64,000 bases of DNA, from assembly GCA_028534125.1 (NCBI GenBank), contig CM052818.1, positions 684,001 to 748,000 of the forward strand. The letters run 5' to 3'. The position numbers were made by a program, and so were the translations under genes. Positions within the stretch are counted from its first letter, which is position 1. Every line of letters starts with the position of its first letter. The notes under the pieces are model-generated. The model was given only the letters and a program-made list of their open reading frames with translations. It was not told where the DNA came from and made no database searches. Below, in pieces: positions 13,226 to 25,054 of this stretch. Origin of the DNA: Lama glama. Taxonomy: Eukaryota.

Positions 13226-16200
13226 CCTTTTTGTTAGTAGGCACAGCACAGACCATCTGGGTGGAGAGGCAGATATGAGCTAGAAGTTTAGTCTTCTGGT
13301 CTCCAGAAGTCTTTAAGATCTTTGAGATCAAAGATCTCCGTAGCTCATGATGTCCCCTGATCCCTCCAAAAGATCATCTTGGAAGATTTTATGAAGGCTG
13401 TGATGGTGACACATAAATACACATGGCTATACACAAACTCATTAACCACAAGTACAAACGGCTATGATTTCTAACCATGTCCTAATCTGAGAACTGCAGA
13501 TTTAGGGACCTGCAATGTGACACATCCATTTGATTGGCATCTCAGTAGTCCTCAAAGCTCTAATGACCTAAAAGTTGAAAACATTTGAGTGAGCCGCCAG
13601 CCTGGGTCACCCCAGTGTGGAATACAGAAACCAGGCCTCTGCAGGCTCGTGGAAAGTCTGCCACACATCTATAAAATGGGTGGCCCTGGGGCAGGATTGG
13701 ATCATCTGTAAGGTCCTTTAGACCTCCACCTCTAAGACAGAATCAGAAAGGGTCTGGGATAGGAACCATGCAGGGAGATAAACCAGCATGTAAAAATCCA
13801 GGCTGAAACAGCACGGCCGTATAAATCACCAAGTTAAAATCCAAGAGGAAACTTGGAGTGAAGTGTCTGCCTGTGATCCCGGGCAGCTCTGTTTAGACCC
13901 TGCACCACCCTGGTCTCCCAGCCAGGCAGGCGTCAGCCCCTCGCCCTGCAGGGGTGTCCCTTCCCCCACCCTGGTCACATGGCTGGCCCTGCCACTGAGC
14001 CCCGCAGGTCAATCTCCAATGCCCCAAATACTGCTCAGCCTGGAAATCACAGCGCGACCTTCTTGCCACCCAACAGCAACAGAACGAGTGACTCTGGCCT
14101 CCCTGAGATCCGGACCGTGCGCTTTCCAGGGCTAAGAGCGTGAAGGTAAGTTCGCTGCTTGGAGCTTCAAGACAGTAGACTGAGCTGTGCAGTAAAGGGC
14201 AAATGTGCTTTACAGTATGAGCACAGAGTATTTAAGAGTGAGATTCGTACACACTGAGAAGGAGAATACCATGAAAGCTGGTATCCTTCCAATGAGCATT
14301 AGATATTTGCCTTTCTTTAACAAAATTATGGTATATTAATCATCCTGGTGCCTTGAGTTCATTGGTCTGGGGCACAAAACCTCACACCAGATTATCAGCA
14401 ATGGTAGGAGACTCACTCTGACAGCCTGGTGAGTTAGTTCCTTTTTGTTCTCATCTGATGGAACTGAGACCCTTCTTCTTCCAGGCACATATGTGTCTAT
14501 CATCTTTGCCAAAATTACAAGATGAGCTGAAATATTTACGAAATAAGCAAAAACCCTGAGATTTGCTTCTTCCCCAGAAGCTAAGGGAAAACAGATTACA
14601 TCTGTGAATGTAACACCTCGGGATGGAAACGGAATAATGGCTAGCCTTTCATTACACATTTCTGTTGTTAGGTTTTTGGATATAGTACCTGGTTTGTTAA
14701 TGGGTAGTTCGTTTAGGAATATTTTGTTTATCTTTTCTTTCCTCCCCTGACGCATGCGTGGTTGGAGTCTGCTAAGCCCAGAGGCAGGGGAGACGCTCCT
14801 GGAGGTGAGGGTGGCCTTTCTCTGGCTTCTAGCTTAGTTTTTTAAAGCCCAGCGTGAGCCCGCGTTATTCTTGTTAATTCAGTTCACAAGCTAATCCCAG
14901 ATGAGCCCTCAGGGAGGTCCTTTCCTGAACCATTTTGGGCTATCAGAGGGGGTCACTGCCTACCATGCTGGTACCCACATTCTTTGATATAAGGTCAAAT
15001 GACTTAAAAGATGAAGCAGGAGAAGCTCCCAAAAGGTCGACTTTTGATGAATGTGGCACAACTTTTTGTCTAGTTAGTTTTTTTCCAGAGACATGAATGT
15101 CTAAACTTGAGGCTTTATTGTCTTATTTTGCATTTCTTCCCTAATAATTAAGCAATTTTGTTCTGCTTGTTTCCAGTGTCTAGTGCAAATGTCTAAAACA
15201 AAGTGGATTGGTTGGAATGAATTGCTGCGCCCTTGTGGATGGGAGGTGTTGGGTGGGGCTGGAGGTTGGGAGGCAGGGAGTGGGGAGTGGGGTGGGTGGG
15301 GGGAGTGTTAAATGGCAGGTGATCCAGTCACTAGGGTTCTGATGGTCAAAACACGCTGTCCGCCCCTAAGACGGGCTATATTACCGCCTCCTTGCTGCAG
15401 TGGACATGAAGGCTGCTTGGGCAGGGGCCCTGAGTGCTCGCTGGTGCGGAATTTAGCCTTACAGGCTTAAGGCATTGGTTTTGTCAGCAGAGTTTGGATT
15501 CTCAGAAACCAGATTTCACGCTGGTGGCAGGGGCAGTAAAGTGAAATGAGGCCCTTAAGTGACTTGGGACAGAAGAGAATTTGGTTTGATCCCTCACTGT
15601 GAAGCCATGCTCACCCCTGAGGCGATTTATGATCTGAAGGTGGATGGGAGAATAATGGTGCGCCAGCTGGGCAGCGGAGGGGCTGGTCTGTGAAAGACTG
15701 CGGTCACGAGTTCTTTCATTTGCTACAAGCTAGGGCTGCTATGTCTTAACATGATTCTTTCAGTGACACATTGAGGTGGATGATTGCACTGATTCATGCT
15801 TCTTGGATGCAAGAAACTCAAATCAGCTGAAACTAGCCGAAGAGAAAGGGGTGTTTTGTATAAGGCCATTGAAAGGGTTTGTGGGCAGGAATTCAGCCAG
15901 ACCTCAGGAAGGGTCCAGAGCCCAGAAGTGGACGGCTTCTTCCAGACCCCCTCTATCTTTTGTTTCTTTCCTCTTCTTCCTCCTTCCCTTCCTCTCTCCC
16001 TCCCTGTCTTCCTTCTTTTCTTGGGTCCCAGAATTAAAGAATCCAATTTGAATCTTGGCTCCACCCTGCCTGGCTTTGTGACTCAGGGCAAAATCACTTA
16101 ATTCTCTGAATCTCCGTTTCCTCATCTAGAAAATAAGGTTCAAAATTATGCACGTCACTGAATTTTAATCAAGATTAAATGAGATTATGGAAGCAAAATA

Positions 16201-16249
16201 TCTGGCATTCAATTAATCTATATTATGTGAAGTGGTGAAGACAGGACTT

Positions 16250-16909
16250 TTTTTTAAATTTATTTATACATTTATTTTATGATATCATATTTTTAAATTG
16301 AAGTATAGTTGATGTACAGTGTGATACGTTACAGATATGCAATATAGTGATTCACAGAGTTTTAAAGGTTATAGTCCATTTGTAGTTAGTGTAAAATATG
16401 GGCTCTATTCCCCATGTTGTACAGCACAGCCTTGCAGTTCATTTTATATCTGACAGTTTGTACCTCTTAATCCTCCACCTCCATCCTGCCCCTCCCCCTT
16501 CCCTCTCCCCACTGGTAACCACGAACTAGTTCCTTCTCTACATCTGTGAGTCTGTTTCTTTTCTGTTATATTCACTAGTTTGTTGTATATTTCTTTAGAG
16601 TCCACATGTAAATGGTACCTTGCAGTATTTGTCTTTCTCTGTCTGACTTATTTCACTTAGCACAATGCCCTGCAAGTCCATCCGTGCTGCACACCGGAAA
16701 CTAATACAACATTTCAAATCAACTGTACTTTGATTAAAAAGCAACCAACCAACCAACCCACCCATTTAAAATACGGGAAGAAGTACTGAACAGACATTTT
16801 TCCAAAAGAGGAAATGCAGGTGGCCCACAGGAACAGGAAAAGTTGTTCAGCATCACTAATATCAGGAGAATGCAAATCAAAATCACAATGAGGTTACCAT
16901 CTCACACAG
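16250..16909 (-). mobile_element. L1 with 5' inversion (antisense 3'UTR followed by sense ORF2 piece)
   Basis: Antisense 3'UTR 16290-16690, short sense 3' terminus 16690-16740, sense ORF2 16760-16907. TSD agacag(g/a)actt at 16239-16249 and 16910-16920. Confidence 0.7.
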
Positions 16910-17379
16910 AGACAGAACTTCTGTTTCAAAGGTTAGGTCATGATTGGGAATTTTTCTGATGGGCCATGCAGCTGCCAATCAGAGCAGCAGTTAATCTAAA
17001 CATTTCCCATATGGTCAACACTCTGGTTGAGTTGTTTTAAGTGAGTGGCTTCCTTGGAAGATGATCTGGGGCAGCATGGGTTCTTCTGCACACTCCTGGA
17101 AGGGCCTCTCTCAAAGTGTGAGGAGGTGGGATCCAGCACAGAGGAGGTAAGGGAAAAATGGTCTCAGCTATTACAGAACTGGGAGGTATGCCTCTGCCTG
17201 AATTTGAGCTACATTGTAGCACCATCCTTCTATCGTTCTGTAGTCTTCATCTCTGTTTGCGTCTGTATTGTCATCTTGTGTTCAGTTTTTTGCTTAGTTT
17301 CCAATCTGAAAACCCACAGAACTTCAAATATGAAAAAAAAAAACCCATATTTTTAAAACATGCTGGAAAATTCTATTTC

Positions 17380-17770
17380 ATTTATATTATTCAGGAACTG
17401 TTGATTGCCAATGTTTGAAACTCAATTCAAACAGGAGGGGGAAAAAAAGTGAATTTATCAGCTCAACACGAGGGCCAGTTCAGAATTAACTGACTCAGGG
17501 AGTTACAGTGTTATCGGTACTGCATCCCTCCAGAAGGCAGGCAAAATAACAACCGCCAAGCTTAGCAACTTCACGATGCCAGAGCCAGAGCCAGGGCCAG
17601 GCAGTGTTTGTGGCTGGCTCCAGCGGGAACGTCCTGGGGAGAATTCTGACTGGCCCAGCTCTGGGCGTGGAGATCGTCCCTGAACCAATCCCCGTGGCTG
17701 GGGACTGGGGCGTGTTTAATTGGCCAGCCTAGATCACATGACCTTGCCCTTTGTGGTTGGAGGCTTCTCC
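17380..17770. mobile_element. Ancient ERVL LTR (LTR33-like)
   Basis: tattattcaggaactg...tctgactggcccagctctggg...cctgaaccaatc...ttggccagcctagatcacatg motifs. Similar relics lie near 15800, 20850-21380 and 29920-30560. Confidence 0.45.
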
Positions 17771-17795
17771 ACAAGAAAGAGGTTTTGTTACTCAG

Positions 17796-17863
17796 CTCCT
17801 CATGCCATGTCTGATGAGAAAGATACCAATTTTCAAAAAATCTCCAACGTATTGGAGTCACTG
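17796..17863 (+). other. SLC4A5: Candidate SLC4A5 5'UTR exon (68 nt) containing upstream ATGs
   Basis: Acceptor ttttgttactcag| and donor CTG|gtgagt. The ATG exon begins with an acceptor, so at least one upstream exon must exist. No transcript evidence is available. Confidence 0.5.
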
Positions 17864-18044
17864 GTGAGTTCTCACTAAGCTTATCAGTTCACCATGCCCA
17901 GTTTGAATGGAAAGATGTGATTTGTTATGTGTGTGAAGCTCATGTGACGCAAACTCCATGTACGGTGATTCAGTTTAACAGAATATGTAAATTGGGAGTT
18001 ATTTCCTTAAAACAGTGGCTTCTCAAATTGTGATCCCTGGATCG

Positions 18045-18198
18045 TTAGCAGCAGCACCAACCGGAAGTTTGTTGGAAATACAAACTGTCAGCCTCCACCC
18101 CAGATCTAAAATCAGAAACTCTGGGGTGGGGCTGAGCAAGCTGGGTTTCAATCAGCCCCCTACGTGGCTGTGATGCCGGCTTAAGTTTGAGAACCACT
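18045..18198. mobile_element. MER5A hAT MITE
   Basis: cagtggcttctcaaa...aatcagaaactctggggtgggg...aagtttgagaaccact; the element starts near 18013. Confidence 0.75.
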
Positions 18199-18509
18199 CT
18201 TTTAAAGATTTTTTTGTTTTGTTTTGGTAGTTCTTCTGAATATTTTAAACATGATTCAGTTTGAACAAATAGATTTAACCATAGATTTTCAGGGGATACA
18301 ATTATCACATAAAGTGAGAGCATATATTAAATTATTTGTCATCTTGAATTATTTGGCCTAAAATGCTGACAGTAAAAATAATATATAACCATACATTTAA
18401 AATCAAGTAACACATGTAAGAGCTTATAATAAAAGGCAGCAGAGCTCCATCCCAGGTTTGCACACACCCTTCAGTTTCAATTCCCAAAGGCAATTATTTA
18501 GAATTATTT

Positions 18510-19481
18510 TTTAATTGAAATATAGTTGATTGATTTCAGGTGTACAACATAGTGATCTGATATCTTTACCGATTATACTCCATTTAAAGTTATTATAAAA
18601 TATTGGTTATATTCCTTGTGCTGTATATTACATCCTTGTATTTTATTTATTTTATACCTAGTAGTTTGTACTTCTTAATTCCCTTCCCCCATCTTGCCAC
18701 AACCCACAACCCATCTCCCCACTGGTAACCCATCTCCCCACAACCCATCTCCTCACTGGTAATCACTAGTTTGTTCTCTGTATCTGTGAGTCTGTTTCTG
18801 TTACTTTATCTTTATCTCCATTTGTTTTACTTCTTAGCTTTTACATATAAGTGAAAGCATACAGTATTGTCTTTCTCTGTCTAAGTTTCTTCGCTAAGCA
18901 TAACACCTTCCAGGTCATTTCATGTTGTTGCAAATGGTAAATTTTCATTCTCTTTTAGTGACCAAGTAATATTCGATTGTTTGTATATCTTGGCTATCCA
19001 AGGTAGCTTTCATATGTTGGCTGTTATGGACAGGGAGGTGCACATATCATTTTGAAATCTGGGGATCTCAGGGCTTGGAACTGTGCTTCTGTTTCACTCT
19101 TCCCCCAGTGTGTTGGTTTTCACTCTTTCCCCAGTATGCACACCTTGGTTATATGTTGGGCTGGGGCTAGAGGGATCGGTACCACACCACTGAGATGGCC
19201 TGCCTCCTCCCTGTGCCCAGGGATGTGCGCTTCAGCATGGTAGTCTCTGCCCTGGAGCTGGCTTCACTCCCTCTAGGTGTGCAGGTCCTAAGCTGACTGC
19301 TTCTCTTCCCTTTCTATTGGACTCCACATGGAGCTTTCTTTACAACCATAGTTGTAGAAGAACTATTTTGCTAGTCCCCAGGTCAAGTTCAGAGAGATTT
19401 ACTCTATATATAGTTTTAGTTTTGATGTGTTCATGAGGGGAGGTTAGCCAAGAGTTCTCCTACCTGCCATCTTGATCTCTC
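18510..19481 (-). mobile_element. Internally deleted L1: 5'UTR joined to the end of ORF2/3'UTR
   Basis: L1 5'-end-like text (revcomp gagatcaagatggcagg...cccctcatgaacacatcaaaac) at 19400-19480 and L1 3'UTR at 18510-19058. Degenerate 14-bp TSD at 18496-18509 and 19482-19495. Confidence 0.6.
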
Positions 19482-21491
19482 ACTTGGAATTCTTTCAAGT
19501 TTTTTGGTTGGTTACCTACATCATCATCATCATCATCATAAATCTTTCGTTAGTTATCAAAGTTAGATATCAGCCACCTACAGGTGATTATTTAACTACC
19601 TTATACCACAACTATCTCCTCTTCTTTATCCTCCTAATGTAGATATATTATCACTGTTTTTAGTTAAAAAATTAGTGTTTATATTTTTATGATTATGTAC
19701 CATAATCACATTCTTTTTTGCAGTTTCAATTTTTCCCTGATGTTTCCAATTGCCTTTCTCTTTCTTTGCACTTTCTTTGCCATTTCCGTACGTTGTTCCA
19801 AATTCTCAAGGAGTGTTATCAAATTTCTTGAATTTCATCTTTTCCTTGGTGGTTCCTTCTGAAGCCTCCTTGTTAGCTCTTTTGAGGACTGACTTCTCCC
19901 TAGGGCTACATCACAGCTGTCATCCAGGGACCTCCCTTCATCAGCCTCCTGGTTGGGCCCTTCTCTCCTGGATCCTATGGTTCATGGAAGTAACATATTT
20001 AAACAACTTCTTAGGAAGTTATGAGAGAGAAGTCAAATTGTTTCTTGCATGTCCAAACATGTCTTCCACACTGACTCTTGACGGGTACCTTGGCTGCGTA
20101 GAGAACGCTGGGTTGGAAACCATTCTCCCACAGAATTTTGAAGGCATTAGGCCATCATCTTCTCTCATATAATTTGCTGGCGAGTAGTCATCTAATAGTC
20201 CGAATTTTATTCATTTTTAGGTGATTTGTTCCTGGTCCTCTAACTCTAAAAAGTTTTAGGATTTTTCTTGCCTTTACACTTAGTATTCTAAAATTTCATA
20301 ATGACATGTCAAAGTGTAAGGATTTTTTTTTTCACCCAATGATCCTTTGTGTAAAGTAGTCAGCTGGCCCATTTTATTTGAGACTTTTATGTCACAGTAT
20401 TGGGGAATTCTCTTATTTATTTACAAAAATTAAAAATTTAATAGCAACATATTTAAAACCTATAGAATGACAGCTATTCATATATTACTGTCCAGAATTA
20501 GCAAATGTTAACCTTTTATCATATTTGTTTCATAACTATATCTATGTATCCAAAATATCAAAGATACAGCTAAAACATCACAATTAAACCTTACCTCTCC
20601 CCAGAGTAACCTGAAGTTAGTATGTCTCATGCCCCCTGCATGATTTTGTGTTTCTGTTACATATAAATGTGGCAGTAAATAATATCGGTAGTGTTCTGGT
20701 GTTTTTAATTTTATATAAATAACATCATTTTGTCTGTATCTTTTTACAACTTGCTTTTTTATTCATTATATTTTTGAGATTTATACAGGTTGATACACAG
20801 AGAGATAGTTCATTCATTTGAACTCCCTGAAGTATTCCATTACGAATCCGTCAGGAAGGCCTTCAGCTAAAAGTAACAGAAAACGTGGCTAGCGGTTTAA
20901 ATATACTACGTAGATTTTTTTTTTAATTTTCACATAACAGAAAGCCCAGAAATCAGCAGTCTGGAGCACAGTGATTTTATCAGGAGCCCAGGTTTACGCT
21001 AGCCTCCTGCTTTGTCCTTCGCTCGTGACTTTGGCCCTCATATCTGTCACATTGTTATTGCAAGATGACTCCTTCATCTAGAAGTCCCATGTCCAAGGTC
21101 TGTGCAGGAAAAGGGGGAGGCAAAAGGGCAAAATATGCCTTCTAGCTGTCTGTTACTCTTTATCAGGAAAATAAAAGTTCTCCTGGAAACCCTAGCCAGC
21201 AGACTTCCATTTAAACCTCACTGGCTTGGTAGGGCCCCATGACTAATCCTAAGATTAGTTACTGGCCAAGGGCCATCAGATTGTAGTGAATGGTTTAGAC
21301 AGATCACCTGAGCAAAATGGGATTCTATGAACAGGCAAGAAGAAGAGGGGATGGATGTTGGAAAGTGTAGCAGAGGCTGCTAGATGAACACTCAGTGCCC
21401 TTGCGCACTGTTTTCCTTACTAATAGAACCCAATCTCATTTGCCCAGGAAATACTTACTCTCCCAGATGTCCTGGGCCATTCAGGGAGGCC

Positions 21492-22066
21492 TGTCGGTGG
21501 CATGGTGATGCGCAATTCCATTAAAGAATTTACCAGAGGTGAAGTATGGGAGTAGAAAGGAGTTTATTAGGGTACGCTGTCTTAGACAACAGTGGGCCAC
21601 ACAGGCGAGAGGTGCCTGCATGAGCACTGAGGGCCGGATGTTCGGGTGTTTTATAAGGTTGGGTCACAAGGCTAGACTTGTTGAATGATAGACTCACAGT
21701 GGGCAATTGGGTGGCGTCTTCAACATTTAATCGGATGTCTCCAAAACTTCAGAATCTTTAAGTCGTCCAGTCTTCTTCATGTAAGTACCATTAGGATATT
21801 CTAGGAGTCAAGTGGGCAGAGGGATGAGTGGCTAACTGCCATACTTAATCCTTTCCCCCCAGTAAAATGACTCCTTCTTGCCCTCAGCTTTCCGCGGCCT
21901 CCTGATTTAATCCTTCCCTCTTCTGGGGTAAGCAAGGCCTTGTAGGAGACTGAGCCTAGGAGAGAGATCTGAGAGTTTAACTTACTTCTCACGAAGATTT
22001 TCAACCAACTTTCCTGTTTTCAGCCCCACCCTCTGTCCTGGCGTTCAGATGTTTTGACTGCCTGCA
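21492..22066 (-). mobile_element. Probable solo LTR (ends approximate)
   Basis: Minus-strand AATAAA (~21563) and TATAAAA (~21650) in LTR order, candidate TG/CA ends. No TSD resolved. Confidence 0.5.
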
Positions 22067-22974
22067 ATTGCCCTTTCTCTACTTTTGAGAACAATTTTAT
22101 ATGTTAGAGACTATGTAATCCTTGAAGTTTCATATAAAATTTTTTTTAAAAAACTATCTGCTTCTGATGTTTATTTTTCCTTTAATTATAGAAAATTTTC
22201 TTTTCACATAGTAAAATAGAAAAAACATGATGACCCTTTTGTACCTATAAAGCAGCTTCAAGAATGATCAACACATGGCTGGTTGTGACGTCTTTCCCAC
22301 AACCATTTCAATTAATTGTTATTAGTTACTCCTGATTTTCTAACTCTTTAAGGTTTTTGATGATTGCTATTATTTTTCTGATCAAGTATCTGTTTATTAG
22401 CCTTGTGGCTAAGAGCTGTAGTTTCAGAAACAGACAGTCTGGGTTTGAATCTCTGTTCCCCCATTTCGGCAAGTAATCAAGTCAGGTAATCTCCTTTTTC
22501 TCAGTTTCTGTGCCTCAGTTTCCTCATCTGTAGAATGGGAATAATAACGTTACTTATCTCACAGCAATGTTGAGAAGATTCAGTTAAGTCACACATGCAG
22601 AGCAGAACATTTAAAACAGCCTGCACACTGCGACAGTAGCAGTCATTATTATCAAAGTTAAAATGTATTGAGATGGACTTTTTCATGGTATTCACTTATA
22701 ATTTTTAAATTCTGTACTGTTATTTTTAGTTACATTCTTTTTCATTCCAAGTGTTGTTTACTTACAAATATTCTCTTTTCACCTTGATAAGTCTTGCACG
22801 GTTTGCTTATTTTAATAATCTTTTTAAATAATTACCTTTGGATTTATTAGCCATCTCTATGCTTGACTGTTTTCTCTTTCATTATTTTTCACTTTCATCT
22901 TTTATATTTACATTCTTCTGCTTTCTCTTCCCTCTTGCTCTTTTTCTAGTTTAAATGCTTACTTTTTAAAAGGT

Positions 22975-23159
22975 TTTTAAAAATAGGTTTATTTATTTCA
23001 TTTTTATGTTATTCACTTTTTGAAGAGGGAAGTTAATTAGGTTTATTTATTTATCTATTTACTTACTTACTTATTTTTTTTAATGGCAGCGCTGGGGTTT
23101 GAACCCAGGACCTTGTGCATGCTAAGCATGTGCTCTACCACTGAGCTACACCTTCCCCT
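22975..23159 (-). mobile_element. Vic-1-type SINE
   Basis: Reverse complement ggggaaggtgtagctcagtggtagagcacatgcttagcatgcacaaggtcctgggttcaaa followed by a (TAAA)n tail. Confidence 0.88.
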
Positions 23160-23299
23160 TCTATATGTCCTTTTGACTCAGTTTTTTTTCATCTGCATTA
23201 AGGTCTTCCACCATGAACATGGAGTTGACCATTTCCCCTTGAAATGTTACCTTTTTGTGTTGTATACATTTTGAGGTTGTGTTCGTCTTTTTTATAGTT

Positions 23300-23378
23300 A
23301 TGAAGGTGGAGGAGGAAAAGGCTGGGGTAGGGAAGCTGGACCCTGCTAACTACAGGAGGCGATGTCAGGATCAGGAAG
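23300..23378 (+). CDS. SLC4A5: SLC4A5 first coding exon (exon 23298-23378), MKVEEEKAGVGKLDPANYRRRCQDQE
   Basis: Acceptor tttttatag|TTATG and donor AAG|gtaagg. The translation matches the recalled human NBCe2 N-terminus MKVKEEKAGVGKLD. Ends in phase 1. Confidence 0.93.
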
Positions 23379-25054
23379 GTAAGGTCACCTTGAGAACTTG
23401 ATGCAAATTCTGGGAGGGCTTGGGAATTCCTTGGATATTCTTATAACAGCCCTTCCAGCTGGGGAATTTAGAGAATCGGCCCCTTTCCCTGACCCACTCA
23501 CAGTGCCTCTTCTAGATCTGGTGGGACCAGCCTTCACCATGTCTTAAAGGGACCACATGGTTAGGCTGGAGGCAGGTGACTGGTACTTTGCTTGTAAGGA
23601 TTAGGGCATAGCTTCCCTAACACAAAATTGAACTCTCCTAATTTTGTAAAATCTACAAATCATACTAAATGCTAAATATGAACATTTTACAGATTCTACA
23701 AATGGCAGCTCAGCTAAAACTATTGAGTGGGGATGCTTTTGTTGCTCCAGAATTGCTCGCTCGGAGACCCTAAGTAACTCACACTCTACAGAAAAGCGGT
23801 CACAGAGTTTATGAAGGGGCGCTACCCCAGCCCTCTCGGAGGGGGACGCTGATCTCCGTCCAGCTGGATGCTCCCTGAGCTGCGAAACGTGTGGAGCCGC
23901 TCTGGGGCTGTTAATGGGGAAGAATGCAGTGAGGAGCTGGCACTGTCCTGCCCCAGACTACAAGATGTTCACAGTGAGAGCAGAATGAAGAAAGAAGCTT
24001 GAGGGAGGGTTAGCCATTCCCCAGAGCTCACCAGATAAACAGCCACACTCTAATAAATAACTATAATGGGAAAAAAAATGGGACAATCTAGGTCCAGGGC
24101 AGAAAGTGAAATATTTCCCTGATGGCCGTCTCCCCTGATTACTGTAATAAGGATGCTTTTATATGTGTAGCCCCTCAAAATTTCATAATCATGTTCCCAT
24201 TCACCATTCCATTTAAACGTCTCAAAAATTATGCCCAGCCAATAGAGAAAGGCTTTTTATTCCTGCTTTATAGGTGAGGACACTGAGTCCCAGAAAGGCA
24301 GATGTGCATGGCCGTCGAACAAGGGAAGACCAAGCAGGGAGCACCCAGGACAGCTAACTCGTAGGTAGAGGACTTCCTGATATGTCTGCTGCTTCTCTTT
24401 TCCGTCTTTGGCCTTAACGGTGGAGAAGAGGCATTCATCACTGGAACAACCAAGTGGTCTAAGCATTTAGAGTTGAACTACTTACTTCTAAATATTGGTG
24501 TCCATAGCTTACCTCCAATTACAGCTCACTTAAGAAATGCGGTGTAGAACAAGGGAGGTCACACCTGCCTGGGGGAGGGGAGAGGAGGAAGGAGGAGCAT
24601 CAGTCATTCTGATACTGGTTCACTAGGAAGTGAGGCAGCACTTCACAAGGATGTCGACCTCACATTCCTCGTTACACTCAGAAGAGGAAGCAGTGGGATG
24701 AGGAATGCACTAGTCAGAATGGACTCTTACAGAATCTACTCACCACAGTGGACACTCAACGTGTCTCTGAAAGGCTTACACGTGCTTCTCCGAGGTTCAG
24801 GTTCACATCATTCCAGTGTGGTATGTGGTCAGTGATGCCCCGGCATCTAGCATCTGAATTTCAGGAGTTTGAGTCAGGAGGCAGCTCTCCTCCAGTGGGG
24901 GGAGAAAACCAAAGTTAATGTAGATCTTAATGTAAGAACGCAAAGTCTCATTTCCCAGTCTGCCACAGCCTTTCAGATTTTAGTTGCTGTTCTTGGGCTT
25001 TAAAAATAGTCATAATAATCAATAGTTGTTGACCAGCCCCAGGGAAAATTGTCA

